NCBI GenBank assembly: GCA_963732385.1
Contig: CAVSZB010000003.1
Span: 352,001 to 416,000 of the forward strand
Origin: an uncultured bacterium
GTDB lineage: Bacteria > Krumholzibacteriota > Krumholzibacteriia > LZORAL124-64-63
DNA: 64,000 bases
Direction: 5' to 3'
Shown here: positions 10,330 through 18,993 of the stretch, piece by piece
How the letters are laid out: the number at the start of each line of letters is the position of its first letter
How positions within the stretch are numbered: the first letter of the stretch is position 1
Notes under the pieces: generated by a model
Database searches by the model: none
The model's input: the letters and a program-made list of their open reading frames with translations, nothing else
What the model was told of the DNA's origin: nothing
Position numbers and translations under genes: made by a program

Positions 10330-11772
10330 CTAGCACGCTGACGGTGGTGACGGAACCGCGCATGGCCGCCGCGCGCGCCGCCCCCGCCAGATAGCCGGCC
10401 CAACCACCGCGAGAGAGACCGCCAGCCCCGGAAAAATCGCCTCCACGCCGAGGTACGGCTCCCCGCGTCCGAGCGCGAGCCAGCCGAGCCCGGTCGCGCC
10501 CGACAGCAGCATGGCGCTCAGCGCCGCGCGGCCGGAGATGCGCAGCGAGGTGTGGCTGAGCGCGAGCGGCGCCAGCAGCACCGGCGTGCCGATGCTGCCG
10601 AGGTGGTGCCACAGCGAGATGACCGAGCGCGCCCACAGCGCCATGCCGATCGCCAGCAGCGACGAAGCGAGCAGACTCCAGCGGATCAACGGGATGGCGG
10701 CGGCCTCACCCGCGGCTGACGAGAGATGATCCGCCCCGTCCGCCGCGCCGGAGGGGGATGCGAACGGTGCGCGCAGCCGCAGGATGATGTCGCGCCCCAG
10801 CGTCACGGCGCTGAGGAAGGCGTAGTCGTCGATCGTGGAGATGATGGTGGCCAGCAGTCCCACCATGAACAGGCCCTGCCAGATCGGAGCCAGCGTGCGG
10901 GCGGCCAGCTCGGGGTACGCGGACACCGGGTCGGCGAGAGTGGGCAGCACGGCGCGCGCGTAGAGGCCGGCGGTGGTCGTGAGGAAGTCGAACAGCACCC
11001 AGAAGGCGATCGCGATCAGGACGCCGCGGCGGGCGGTGCGTTCGTCGCGGGCGGCGTAGCAGCGGAGGTAGAAGGTAGGTTCGACGAGGGTGGCCAGGGC
11101 GATGAAGTACCAGACGAGCACGGCCTGGGCGCCGCGTCCGCCGTCCCAGGTCAGGTGGCTGGCGGGCAGGTTGGCGCGCAGGAAGTCCCAGCCGCCGTAC
11201 TTCGCCGCGCAGGCCGGCACCATGATCAGGAACGCCAGGAACATCAGGCAGAAGTGGACGATGTCGGTGCCGACGATCGCGCGCATGCCGCCGCGGAAGA
11301 CGTAGGCTACGGAGAAGAAGGCGCCCAGCGCCACGCCCAGGGCGAGCGGCCAGCCGGTGGCGAGGTGGACGAGCGAGCCGAGCATCAGCACGTAGGCGGC
11401 CGGGGCGGTCATCACGAAGAGCATCGCGGCGCCGGCCAGGGCCGTGGGGCGGCCGTAACGGGCGGCGAGCTGGTCGGGGATGGTCAGGGCGAGGCTGCGT
11501 CGGGCGCGCGCGGCGAGGAAGAGCGCGAACACCACCGCGTTCAGGTAGTAAGGGAGGCCGAAGACGAGCCAGTTGCTGGCGCCGTAGCGCCAGGCGTATT
11601 CGCCCACGCCGAGGATGCCGCCGTACCAGGTCGCCACCAGCGTCATCACGAACGCCGGCAGCGTCAGGCGGCGGCCGAGCACGATGTAGTCCGCCGCGGC
11701 TTCGCTCTGCCGCCAGAACAGGCGGGCGATGGCGTAGCAGAGGAACAGCACGTAGACGACGAGCAGGACCAT
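10330..11772 (-). CDS. Sodium:solute symporter (SSS), probably thiamine or precursor uptake
   Basis: ADYIVLGRRLTLPAFVMTLVATWYGGILGVGE, TIPDQLAARYG, LATIISTID, many TM helices. Lies in the TPP-riboswitch operon. Start ATG 11772. Confidence 0.8.
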   Translation of the reverse strand: MVLLVVYVLFLCYAIARLFWRQSEAAADYIVLGRRLTLPAFVMTLVATWYGGILGVGEYAWRYGASNWLVFGLPYYLNAVVFALFLAARARRSLALTIPDQLAARYGRPTALAGAAMLFVMTAPAAYVLMLGSLVHLATGWPLALGVALGAFFSVAYVFRGGMRAIVGTDIVHFCLMFLAFLIMVPACAAKYGGWDFLRANLPASHLTWDGGRGAQAVLVWYFIALATLVEPTFYLRCYAARDERTARRGVLIAIAFWVLFDFLTTTAGLYARAVLPTLADPVSAYPELAARTLAPIWQGLFMVGLLATIISTIDDYAFLSAVTLGRDIILRLRAPFASPSGAADGADHLSSAAGEAAAIPLIRWSLLASSLLAIGMALWARSVISLWHHLGSIGTPVLLAPLALSHTSLRISGRAALSAMLLSGATGLGWLALGRGEPYLGVEAIFPGLAVSLAVVGPAIWRGRRARRPCAVPSPPSAC

Positions 11773-11812
11773 AAGCTCTCCGCGGGAGTCCGGCGGCGCG
11801 CCGGAGGGGACT

Positions 11813-12520
11813 TCACTCCAGTGTCGGCCACCCCTGGCGCTGCACGGTGACGAGCAGCGATCCGCTCCGCACCGACAGCGCGAGCGACGGCTGCTGGACG
11901 CGGTTGGAAACGGTGGCGGGGCCGCCGGCGCGCACGACGGCATCGGTGAGCGGCCACTGCGCGCCGGTCAGCGTGACGCCGGTGGCGGGGCCCGCGAGCG
12001 GCAGCAGCGAGAACAGCGTGCCCGGTTCGAGTGGCCAGACGACCGCTTCGCCTCCCCCGACGCGCACCACGTCGTGCGCCGGATCGGCGAGGCAGACGCG
12101 CAGGCGGTCGGCGAAGCGCTCGAGCAGGTGGCAGTTGTAGAGCGTGTGGTCAACGCGGCCGCCGGTCGCGCCGATCAGCACCGCCTCGCCCAGGCCGCGC
12201 GCCACCAGGTAGAGCAGCGCCTTCTCGGCATCGGTGGTTTCCTGATCGGGCGCGTGCAGGTAGAGCGGCCCGCCGCGCCCGGCGATGATCCGCCCTGAAA
12301 GGGAGTCGAAGTCGCCGATCACCACGTCCGGTGGGCGGGGGAGGTGCGTGTACGGATGTCCCGCTCCATCGGCGCAGAGGAACAGGTCGGCGCCGTCGAG
12401 CCAGTAATCGAGCAGAGGTGCGGGTGGCGGCTCGCCATGGCAGAGCACGACGCCACGCCGTCCGCGCAGGGGAAAAATAGGGCAGCGGACCCCGGAGGCC
12501 GCCTCGCGGTCAGAATTCAC
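11813..12520 (-). CDS. thiN: Thiamine pyrophosphokinase
   Basis: CADGAG, PDVVIGDFDS, DQETTDAEKAL, GATGGRVDHTL.N, GAQWPL, TVSNRV. GTG start overlaps the TonB receptor 3' end. Confidence 0.9.
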   Translation of the reverse strand: MNSDREAASGVRCPIFPLRGRRGVVLCHGEPPPAPLLDYWLDGADLFLCADGAGHPYTHLPRPPDVVIGDFDSLSGRIIAGRGGPLYLHAPDQETTDAEKALLYLVARGLGEAVLIGATGGRVDHTLYNCHLLERFADRLRVCLADPAHDVVRVGGGEAVVWPLEPGTLFSLLPLAGPATGVTLTGAQWPLTDAVVRAGGPATVSNRVQQPSLALSVRSGSLLVTVQRQGWPTLE

Positions 12521-15029
12521 AGCGTACCCCCGCAAGGTAGTTCCGGCCGGCCGCGGGGAGGTAGTAGTTGCCCGCGCCCCAGCCATCGTAGTATCCGCCT
12601 GTCTCGTAGCGCGCGTCCATGACGTTCCGGACCCGCAGCTCCAGTTGCGCGCCGCCGGCGGCCTTCCCGTCCGTCCGCCCGAGCCGCGCGCCGAGCGCGA
12701 GGTCGAGCGTGGCATACGGGTCGAGGGTCCGCTCGCGCAGTCCGCTGTTGTCGAGGTGCTGGCGCCCCACGGCCCGGATGCGCGCCGTCGTGTCGAACCG
12801 GCCCCACTGTGCGCGCCATGTCGCCGCGAGAAGACGATCGGGGAAGAGGGCGATCGGATGGCCCGAAAGGTCGCTGCGGGTGCCGTCCCAGTCGATGAAC
12901 AGGAAGCGGTCGAAACGGTCCCAGCTGCGGGAAGCGGCCACCGTGAGCAGGTGACCGGGGCGCGGCCGCCAGGTCAGACCGGCCTCCACGCCGCGGTGCA
13001 GCGTTCGCTCCGCGTTGCCCCGGATGCCGGCGCCGTCGTCGTCCACGCCGCCGTAGGCGACAATCTCGTCGCGGAAGTCCATCCAGTACCCGTTCAGCGT
13101 GAACGACAGCGCGCGGCCGTGCCAGGCCGCGCCCACCTCCCGGTCGACGACCCGCTCCGGCCTCACGCGCGGGCCGGACCACGCCAGGTACGCCACCGCT
13201 CCGTCCGGCGTCGTCACGGGGCGGCTCGTGTCGAACAGCGGACGGGCGCCGAGATCGTAGGCGTCCTGGAAAGTGTCGAACAACTCGGCGTCGGCCGGCT
13301 CGCGTCGCGCCACGCCCAGGTGCGCGTAGAGCGCCGCTTCGCCGCCGCCGGGCCGTCCCGGCAGCGTCCAGTGCACGCCCCCCTTGGGATTGAAGAAGTC
13401 GTAGGTCACGCGGTAGGCGTTGCGCAGGTCGCCGGTGAAGTTGCCGGTCTCGTTCTGCAGGAAGTCGACGACCTTGCGCTGGTACTGCAGGTCGAGCAGC
13501 AGGGTGAGACCGGAGACAGCCTCCCACTTTTCGTTGACGTACGCCGACCAGGCGCTCCGGTCGCCCTCGTAGTCCGCGTACTTGAGCGGGGGCGTGAGGT
13601 CGTCGGGGGTGAAGCCGGCCACGCCGATCACATCGCCCCAGTGGTTGCTGTGGAAGGTGTACCAGTCGCCCCCCGCCACGAGGCGGCCGCCCCGGTGTTC
13701 GACCATGACCTGCGGCACCCAGCCGAGCTGGTCCTTGCGCACCCACTTGCGCCTCACCAGGTCGACCGTCGCGTCGGAAGGCAGGTCGAGGAACTCGTCG
13801 AGGCTGAAGTCGTGCGCGCTGCGTCCTGCCTTGAAGTTCTCGTAGAATCCCTCGCCGTGGATCGCGAAGAGGCTGTTGCGCAGCAGCACCCGGTCCGAGA
13901 CTTTCCACCGCCAGTGCAGTTCGTAGTGCGGCTGCCGGAAATCGTCCACAGCATTGGCGTAGGTTTCGGGATTCCAGGTGCGATCGCGCGCGAGGGTTGC
14001 GGCGTCGATGCCGTCCCACGCGTGGTGGGACACCTCCCGGCCGGTGTAGACGTTCGCCTGTATCTGGTGGCCCGGCGCCACGTACTGCCCGCTCCAGAAG
14101 ACCGCCCACTGGTCGGAGCCGGCGCGCTGGCGATAGCCGTCGCTGACCAGGTGGCTGAGCCGCAGCGCGGTCGCGAAACGACCGCCCCGCAGACCGGACT
14201 GCCAGGCCAGACTCTGCTGTGACGTGCCATAGCTGCCGGCGCGCAGCGTGGCGCGTCCGGCCGGCTCGGGACCGAGCACCTCGGTGATCAGGTTGACCGT
14301 GCCGCCGATGGCCGTCAGGCCGCCCATCGAGTTGGTGATGCCGCGCTGCACCTGGATGTCCTCGAGCGACTCCGCGAGGTCCGGCATGTCGACCCAGTAG
14401 ACCTGGTGGTCTTCGGGATCGTTGAGCGGGATGCCGTTGATCATCACGCCGACGCGCCGCTGGTCGAACCCGCGGATGTTCAGATAGGTGTAGCCGACCC
14501 CGTTGCCGGCGTCGCTGCTGGCGTAGACGCCCGGCAGGTCCTCGAGCAGCACGGGTATGTCACGCTCCGACTGTCCGCGCGCGATCTCCTGCCGCGTCAG
14601 GTTCGCCTGGCTCAGGTGGACGTCGTCGCCGTAGCGGGACGCATCGATGACGATCTCCTCGCCGGCGTACACGGTCGGCTCGAGGGCGATCGCGAGCGTT
14701 GCCTCGCGCGCGTCGTCGACCCGCGTCAGCGCCGGAGCGTAGCCGAGATAGGTGACGACGAGCGTGAACGGCCCCGCCGGCGCGCCGCGCAGGGCGAACA
14801 GACCGTCGAGCGAGGAGATGGTGCCGGCCTGTCCGCCCTGCACGTAGACGTTCGCGCTGGCGAGCGGCTCGCCGGTGCGCGCGTCGGTGACGCGGCCGAG
14901 GCAGATACCGGGCTCGACGGCGGCACTGTCGACGGGGGCCGGTGCGACAGGCGGTGGATCGGCCGCGACGGCGAGCGCCGCCGGCAGCAGCCAGAGCAGG
15001 AACAGGCAGGGTGACGCGCGCAACGCCAA
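12510..15029 (-). CDS. TonB-dependent receptor, likely for thiamine
   Basis: Signal peptide from TTG 15029 (GGAGG 7 nt upstream; TTG 15086 is an alternative), carboxypeptidase-regulatory-like domain, plug SDAGNGVGYTYLNIRGFDQRRVGVMINGIPLNDPEDHQVYWVD, C-terminal GRNYLAGVRCEF. Confidence 0.88.
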   Translation of the reverse strand: MALRASPCLFLLWLLPAALAVAADPPPVAPAPVDSAAVEPGICLGRVTDARTGEPLASANVYVQGGQAGTISSLDGLFALRGAPAGPFTLVVTYLGYAPALTRVDDAREATLAIALEPTVYAGEEIVIDASRYGDDVHLSQANLTRQEIARGQSERDIPVLLEDLPGVYASSDAGNGVGYTYLNIRGFDQRRVGVMINGIPLNDPEDHQVYWVDMPDLAESLEDIQVQRGITNSMGGLTAIGGTVNLITEVLGPEPAGRATLRAGSYGTSQQSLAWQSGLRGGRFATALRLSHLVSDGYRQRAGSDQWAVFWSGQYVAPGHQIQANVYTGREVSHHAWDGIDAATLARDRTWNPETYANAVDDFRQPHYELHWRWKVSDRVLLRNSLFAIHGEGFYENFKAGRSAHDFSLDEFLDLPSDATVDLVRRKWVRKDQLGWVPQVMVEHRGGRLVAGGDWYTFHSNHWGDVIGVAGFTPDDLTPPLKYADYEGDRSAWSAYVNEKWEAVSGLTLLLDLQYQRKVVDFLQNETGNFTGDLRNAYRVTYDFFNPKGGVHWTLPGRPGGGEAALYAHLGVARREPADAELFDTFQDAYDLGARPLFDTSRPVTTPDGAVAYLAWSGPRVRPERVVDREVGAAWHGRALSFTLNGYWMDFRDEIVAYGGVDDDGAGIRGNAERTLHRGVEAGLTWRPRPGHLLTVAASRSWDRFDRFLFIDWDGTRSDLSGHPIALFPDRLLAATWRAQWGRFDTTARIRAVGRQHLDNSGLRERTLDPYATLDLALGARLGRTDGKAAGGAQLELRVRNVMDARYETGGYYDGWGAGNYYLPAAGRNYLAGVRCEF

Positions 15030-15133
15030 GGCGGTACCTCCGGTGACGAACGAACGCACGCCGGAGCCGTTCCCCCGCAAACGCAAGGCCGGCTCCGGAA
15101 GGGGGCCGGCCGCATACGCGCCGCGTTGAGCGA

Positions 15134-15213
15134 TCCCGTTTCCCTACGCCGGTATGACCCGGTTCAGGTTCGGAGGGTATCTCTCAGGCCCTCTCGGGCC
15201 ACCCCTAACGGAC
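15134..15213 (-). ncRNA. TPP (thi-box) riboswitch
   Basis: Minus strand reads CCGTT AGGGGTG GCCCGAGAGGGC CTGAGA GATACCCTCC GAACCTGAACCGGGTCATACCGGCGTAGGGA AACGG: canonical CUGAGA and GAACCUGA...GCGUAGGGA elements, P1 CCGTT/AACGG. Directly upstream of thiamine genes. Confidence 0.95.
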
Positions 15214-15222
15214 CACGCATTC

Positions 15223-15250
15223 ACGATAGCGTGCGGGGCCGCGGAGTCAA
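15223..15250 (-). promoter_or_regulatory. sigma70-like promoter of the thiamine operon
   Basis: TTGACT-N16-TATCGT on the minus strand; predicted start just upstream of riboswitch P1. Confidence 0.6.
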
Positions 15251-15382
15251 GGGGCGACCGGAGGAGGTTCCCCAAAATCCTCAGCCAGTCCGGGGAAGAG
15301 CCCGAAAGCCAAAGCAAAAACTCTTGCCCGAGGCCTCATTGTCCGGATACGTTGCCAACCAACGACAATGCAGGAGGTTACC

Positions 15383-16363
15383 GTGACACTGTTGCTTTCC
15401 CGCCAGGATGTCATCCGAGTGCTCGACATGAAAGACTGCATGGAGGTTGTCGAAAAGGCGTTCGCCGAGATGTCCAACGGCACCGCCGTGATGCCGCTGC
15501 GCATTCCGATCACTCCTCCCGACGGGCTCTCGCTTTATATGCCGGCCTATCTGAAGGAGCTTGGTGCGCTTGCCTGCAAGATTGTCGCAGTATACAAGAA
15601 CAACCCGCAGAAACACGGTCTGCCGGTGACGGTCGGCAAGGTGCTGTTGCAGGATCCGGACACGGGCGATGTTCTCTGCATTATGGATGGCGGGTACCTG
15701 ACGGCGGTTCGCACTGGTGCGGCCAGCGGCGTGGCCACGAAGTATCTGGCCCGCGCAGCGGACGGACAGGTGGCCGGGATTTTTGGCGCCGGCGTCCAGG
15801 CCAGGGCGCAGCTCTGGGCAGTGGCAGAGGCCCGCAGACTGTCCAAAGCGCTGGTGTACGATGTCTCGGACGAGGCCACAAGGAACTTCATCGCCGAAAT
15901 GAGCGCCAGGCTCGGCATTGAGATCGTCAAGGTTGCTGCGGTCGATGAAATCCTGCAACAGGCCGATATCATTTGCGCCGCGACCTCGTCGGCGACACCG
16001 ATATTCGACGGCGCCAGGGTGCGCGAGGGATGTCACATCAACGGGGTCGGCTCGCACACGCCCAACGCCCGCGAACTCGACACCGCCATCGTCAAGAGAT
16101 CCATGCTGGTGGCGGACTCGTACGAGGCCTGTCTCAAGGAAGCCGGTGACATCATGATTCCGATCAGCGAAGGGGCGATCGACAGATCGCACCTGAAGGC
16201 GGAGCTGGGCGAGGTCATCACCGGCCGCAAGCCGGCCCGTTCGAGCGACCGGGAAATCACCCTGTTCAAATCCAACGGTCTGGCGATTCAGGACGCCGCT
16301 ACCGCGAAGCTGGTCTACGACAAGGCGGTCGCCGCCGGCATTGGCGCCTCGGTGAATATCTGA
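15383..16363 (+). CDS. Ornithine cyclodeaminase/mu-crystallin family (possibly alanine dehydrogenase)
   Basis: LYMPAY, LTAVRTGAASGVATKYLAR, IFGAGVQA, HINGVGS, TLFKSNGLAIQD. RBS AGGAGG before GTG 15383. Confidence 0.88.
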   Translation: MTLLLSRQDVIRVLDMKDCMEVVEKAFAEMSNGTAVMPLRIPITPPDGLSLYMPAYLKELGALACKIVAVYKNNPQKHGLPVTVGKVLLQDPDTGDVLCIMDGGYLTAVRTGAASGVATKYLARAADGQVAGIFGAGVQARAQLWAVAEARRLSKALVYDVSDEATRNFIAEMSARLGIEIVKVAAVDEILQQADIICAATSSATPIFDGARVREGCHINGVGSHTPNARELDTAIVKRSMLVADSYEACLKEAGDIMIPISEGAIDRSHLKAELGEVITGRKPARSSDREITLFKSNGLAIQDAATAKLVYDKAVAAGIGASVNI

Positions 16364-16447
16364 ACCACGGTCGGGATAGCGGATGCCACGGATGCAACAG
16401 CTGCGCGGACCTCGCAGCATCGACAGGGGTGACGGAGCCAGTAGTCG

Positions 16448-16543
16448 CAGCGATTGCTACGGGAGCAAAAAGTGCGCAGGCCGGTCCGGTTGGGCTCCGG
16501 TTCTCCCGACCCTGCGCACTTTTTGCTCCCGTGGCAACCGCTG
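16448..16543. repeat. 33-bp inverted repeat (2 mismatches) with 30-nt spacer
   Basis: CAGCGATTGCTACGGGAGCAAAAAGTGCGCAGG (16448-16480) pairs with CCTGCGCACTTTTTGCTCCCGTGGCAACCGCTG (16511-16543). Confidence 0.85.
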
Positions 16544-16647
16544 TACGGAAGGGGCGCTGAAGCCCTGTTTGAGCCAACCCGGACGACGGCGGCCGCCAAA
16601 GCTTGTCCCCGATTGCAGTTCCGCGCACTTTCCGTCATCCTGCCCGT

Positions 16648-17091
16648 ATGAGCACGCATCCCCCCCCGCGTCGTCGCACCGAACTGGATGATCTGGATCA
16701 GCCGACCGGCCCGCCCGGCGCCTGGTTCGCGTTCGCGCGTGACGCCCGGCTGTTCGCGCGACGCGCGGTCGATCCTCACCGCCTCGATGACAGACGCGAA
16801 ACGGTTCCGCTGCAGCCGAACGAGCTTTACCTGCCGCCGGTGCCGGCCGATGTGGCGGTGCGTCTCGGCCGGATCCGCGTCAGCGAGTTCCTGCCGGACG
16901 GTCGCGAGATCACGCGAGCGGTGTTGCAGGCCGGCGCGCTGTTCCGGACGCGCCCCTGGCCGCCGCCCCCGCAGATTCCGGCGCCCGGTTATGATCTGGC
17001 CTATGTTGTCCTGATGGCCCTCGACGACGCGGAGCTCTGGGTGTTGCCGCCGGGGGCCCTGGATGGCGCGGATGCGCCGTCCGTAAAATGA
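16648..17091 (+). CDS. Hypothetical protein with degenerate cNMP-binding (Crp-like) fold
   Basis: GRIRVSEFLPDGREITRAVLQAGALF and ALDDAELWVLP resemble Crp effector-domain strands. No HTH visible. Confidence 0.5.
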   Translation: MSTHPPPRRRTELDDLDQPTGPPGAWFAFARDARLFARRAVDPHRLDDRRETVPLQPNELYLPPVPADVAVRLGRIRVSEFLPDGREITRAVLQAGALFRTRPWPPPPQIPAPGYDLAYVVLMALDDAELWVLPPGALDGADAPSVK

Positions 17092-17140
17092 CGGCGCCGC
17101 TGCGCCTTCCGTACGCCCCTCACGCCCCGGGAGATTCCTC

Positions 17141-18694
17141 ATGCCCGACCAGCCGAAACCGCAGGTCGTCCTCTGCATCCTCGACGGCGTGGGCTGGCGC
17201 CCTGACTCCGAGGTCGGCAATGCCGTCGCGCTGGCGAAGCCCGCCTACTGGCCGACGCTCTTCGCGCGCTATCCGCACACGACGCTCCACTGCTCGGGGC
17301 TGGATGTGGGGCTGCCGGTCGGTCAGATGGGCAACAGCGAGGTGGGGCATCTGACCATCGGATCCGGCCGGATCATCGACCAGGAGATCAATCGCGTGTC
17401 GCGCGCGCTTGCCTCGGGCGAGTTCGGACGGCTGCCGGCCTGGACCGCGTTCCTGGAACGGATCAAGGCGAAAGGTGGCGGCCTGCATCTGCTGGGCCTG
17501 GTATCGCCGGGCGGGGTCCATTCGCACACCGACCATCTCTACGGCATCATCGAAGAAGCGGCCCGCGCGGATGTCGGCGAAATCTTCGTGCACGCCTTCC
17601 TCGACGGGCGCGACACCGACCCGCACGGCGGGCTCGGCTACATCCGGGAGCTGGAGGCGCAGCTCGCGCGCATCGGCGCCGGGCGGATCGCCAGCGTGAG
17701 CGGACGGTACTACGCCATGGATCGCGATCAGCGGTGGGACCGCGTGGAGAAGGCGTGGCGGGCGCTGGTGCACGGCGAGGGGGTGGCCGCGTCCGGCGCG
17801 GCGGCGGCCGTGGAGGCAGCGTACGCCGCGGGCGTGACCGACGAATTTGTTCTGCCGACCGTGATCCACGGTGGCGATGGACGCCCCCTGGCCACGGTCG
17901 ACGACGGCGACGGCGTCTTCTTCTGGAATTTCCGCGCCGATCGCGCCCGCGAGCTGACCTGGGCGTTCAACCAGGACGACTTTGCCGGCTTTGCGCGCCC
18001 GCAACGGCCCGCCGTCGCCTGGCTCTGTTTGACCGTCTACGACGAGTCGCTTTCGCTGCCGGTGTTGTTCGCGCCGCATCCGCCGCGCAACATCCTGGCC
18101 GACGTCTTCGCGGCGCACGGCGTGACCAATCTGCGTGTGGCCGAGACCGAGAAGTATGCGCACGTAACCTACTTCTTCAACGGCGGCCGCGAAGAGCCGT
18201 ACCCCGGCGAGACGCGCATCATGATCCCGTCGCCGAAGGTCGCCACCTACGACCTGCAGCCGGAGATGAGCGCGGCCGAGGTGGCGCGCGCGGTGGGCGA
18301 ACAGGCGGCGTCGGGGCAACACGAGGTCATCGTGGTCAACTTCGCCAATGGCGACATGGTGGGGCACACCGGCGTGCTCGAGGCGGCCATCACCGCCTTC
18401 CGCACCCTCGATGTCCTGCTGGCGGAAATGATCCCGCCGATCGTGGCGCGGGGAGGCACCGTCCTGATCACGGCCGACCACGGCAACTGCGAGGAGATGA
18501 TCGGCCCCGAGGGGCAGATCCTGACGGCGCACTCGCTGAACGTGGTGCCGCTGGTGGCCGTTTCGGAGGCCCTGGAGGGGTGCCTCGACGCGATCCCACC
18601 CGGCCGCCACGCCCTATCCGATCTGGCGCCCACGATCCTGAAATTGCTCAATCTCCCGCAACCGGTTGAAATGACGGGCAGATCCGTGATTTAG
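17141..18694 (+). CDS. gpmI: 2,3-bisphosphoglycerate-independent phosphoglycerate mutase
   Basis: ILDGVG, GQMGNSEVGH, GGVHSH, GRYYAMDRD, NFRADRAR, AETEKYAHVTYFFNGG, DMVGHTG, TADHGN. Confidence 0.97.
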   Translation: MPDQPKPQVVLCILDGVGWRPDSEVGNAVALAKPAYWPTLFARYPHTTLHCSGLDVGLPVGQMGNSEVGHLTIGSGRIIDQEINRVSRALASGEFGRLPAWTAFLERIKAKGGGLHLLGLVSPGGVHSHTDHLYGIIEEAARADVGEIFVHAFLDGRDTDPHGGLGYIRELEAQLARIGAGRIASVSGRYYAMDRDQRWDRVEKAWRALVHGEGVAASGAAAAVEAAYAAGVTDEFVLPTVIHGGDGRPLATVDDGDGVFFWNFRADRARELTWAFNQDDFAGFARPQRPAVAWLCLTVYDESLSLPVLFAPHPPRNILADVFAAHGVTNLRVAETEKYAHVTYFFNGGREEPYPGETRIMIPSPKVATYDLQPEMSAAEVARAVGEQAASGQHEVIVVNFANGDMVGHTGVLEAAITAFRTLDVLLAEMIPPIVARGGTVLITADHGNCEEMIGPEGQILTAHSLNVVPLVAVSEALEGCLDAIPPGRHALSDLAPTILKLLNLPQPVEMTGRSVI

Positions 18695-18744
18695 GCGATC
18701 CGCGCGCCCCCGCCATTCTCATGGAATGAAAAGTTTTCCGAATA

Positions 18745-18774
18745 TGGACAATCCCCCTGCGCAAATGCTATAAT
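18745..18774 (+). promoter_or_regulatory. sigma70 promoter with extended -10
   Basis: TGGACA-N18-TATAAT with TG one base before the -10, in an AT-richer intergenic stretch. Confidence 0.7.
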
Positions 18775-18993
18775 GGCCGCCCAGCCAGGGCCCATTTCGG
18801 CCACGCAGTCACATTGCAACCGGGAGGTGGGCCTATCGGAGTTCCTGGCTCCTGACATCGTTATATTCTGAGGCCATATCGCGGACCGTGCTCATTGACT
18901 CGCCTTTCCGCTGCTTCGAGCGGTCCAGCACTTGACACTCGGCTTAGTGAGTCGCTGCGCACTCCCTCAGACTCAAGCGAGGAGACCGGAAGC

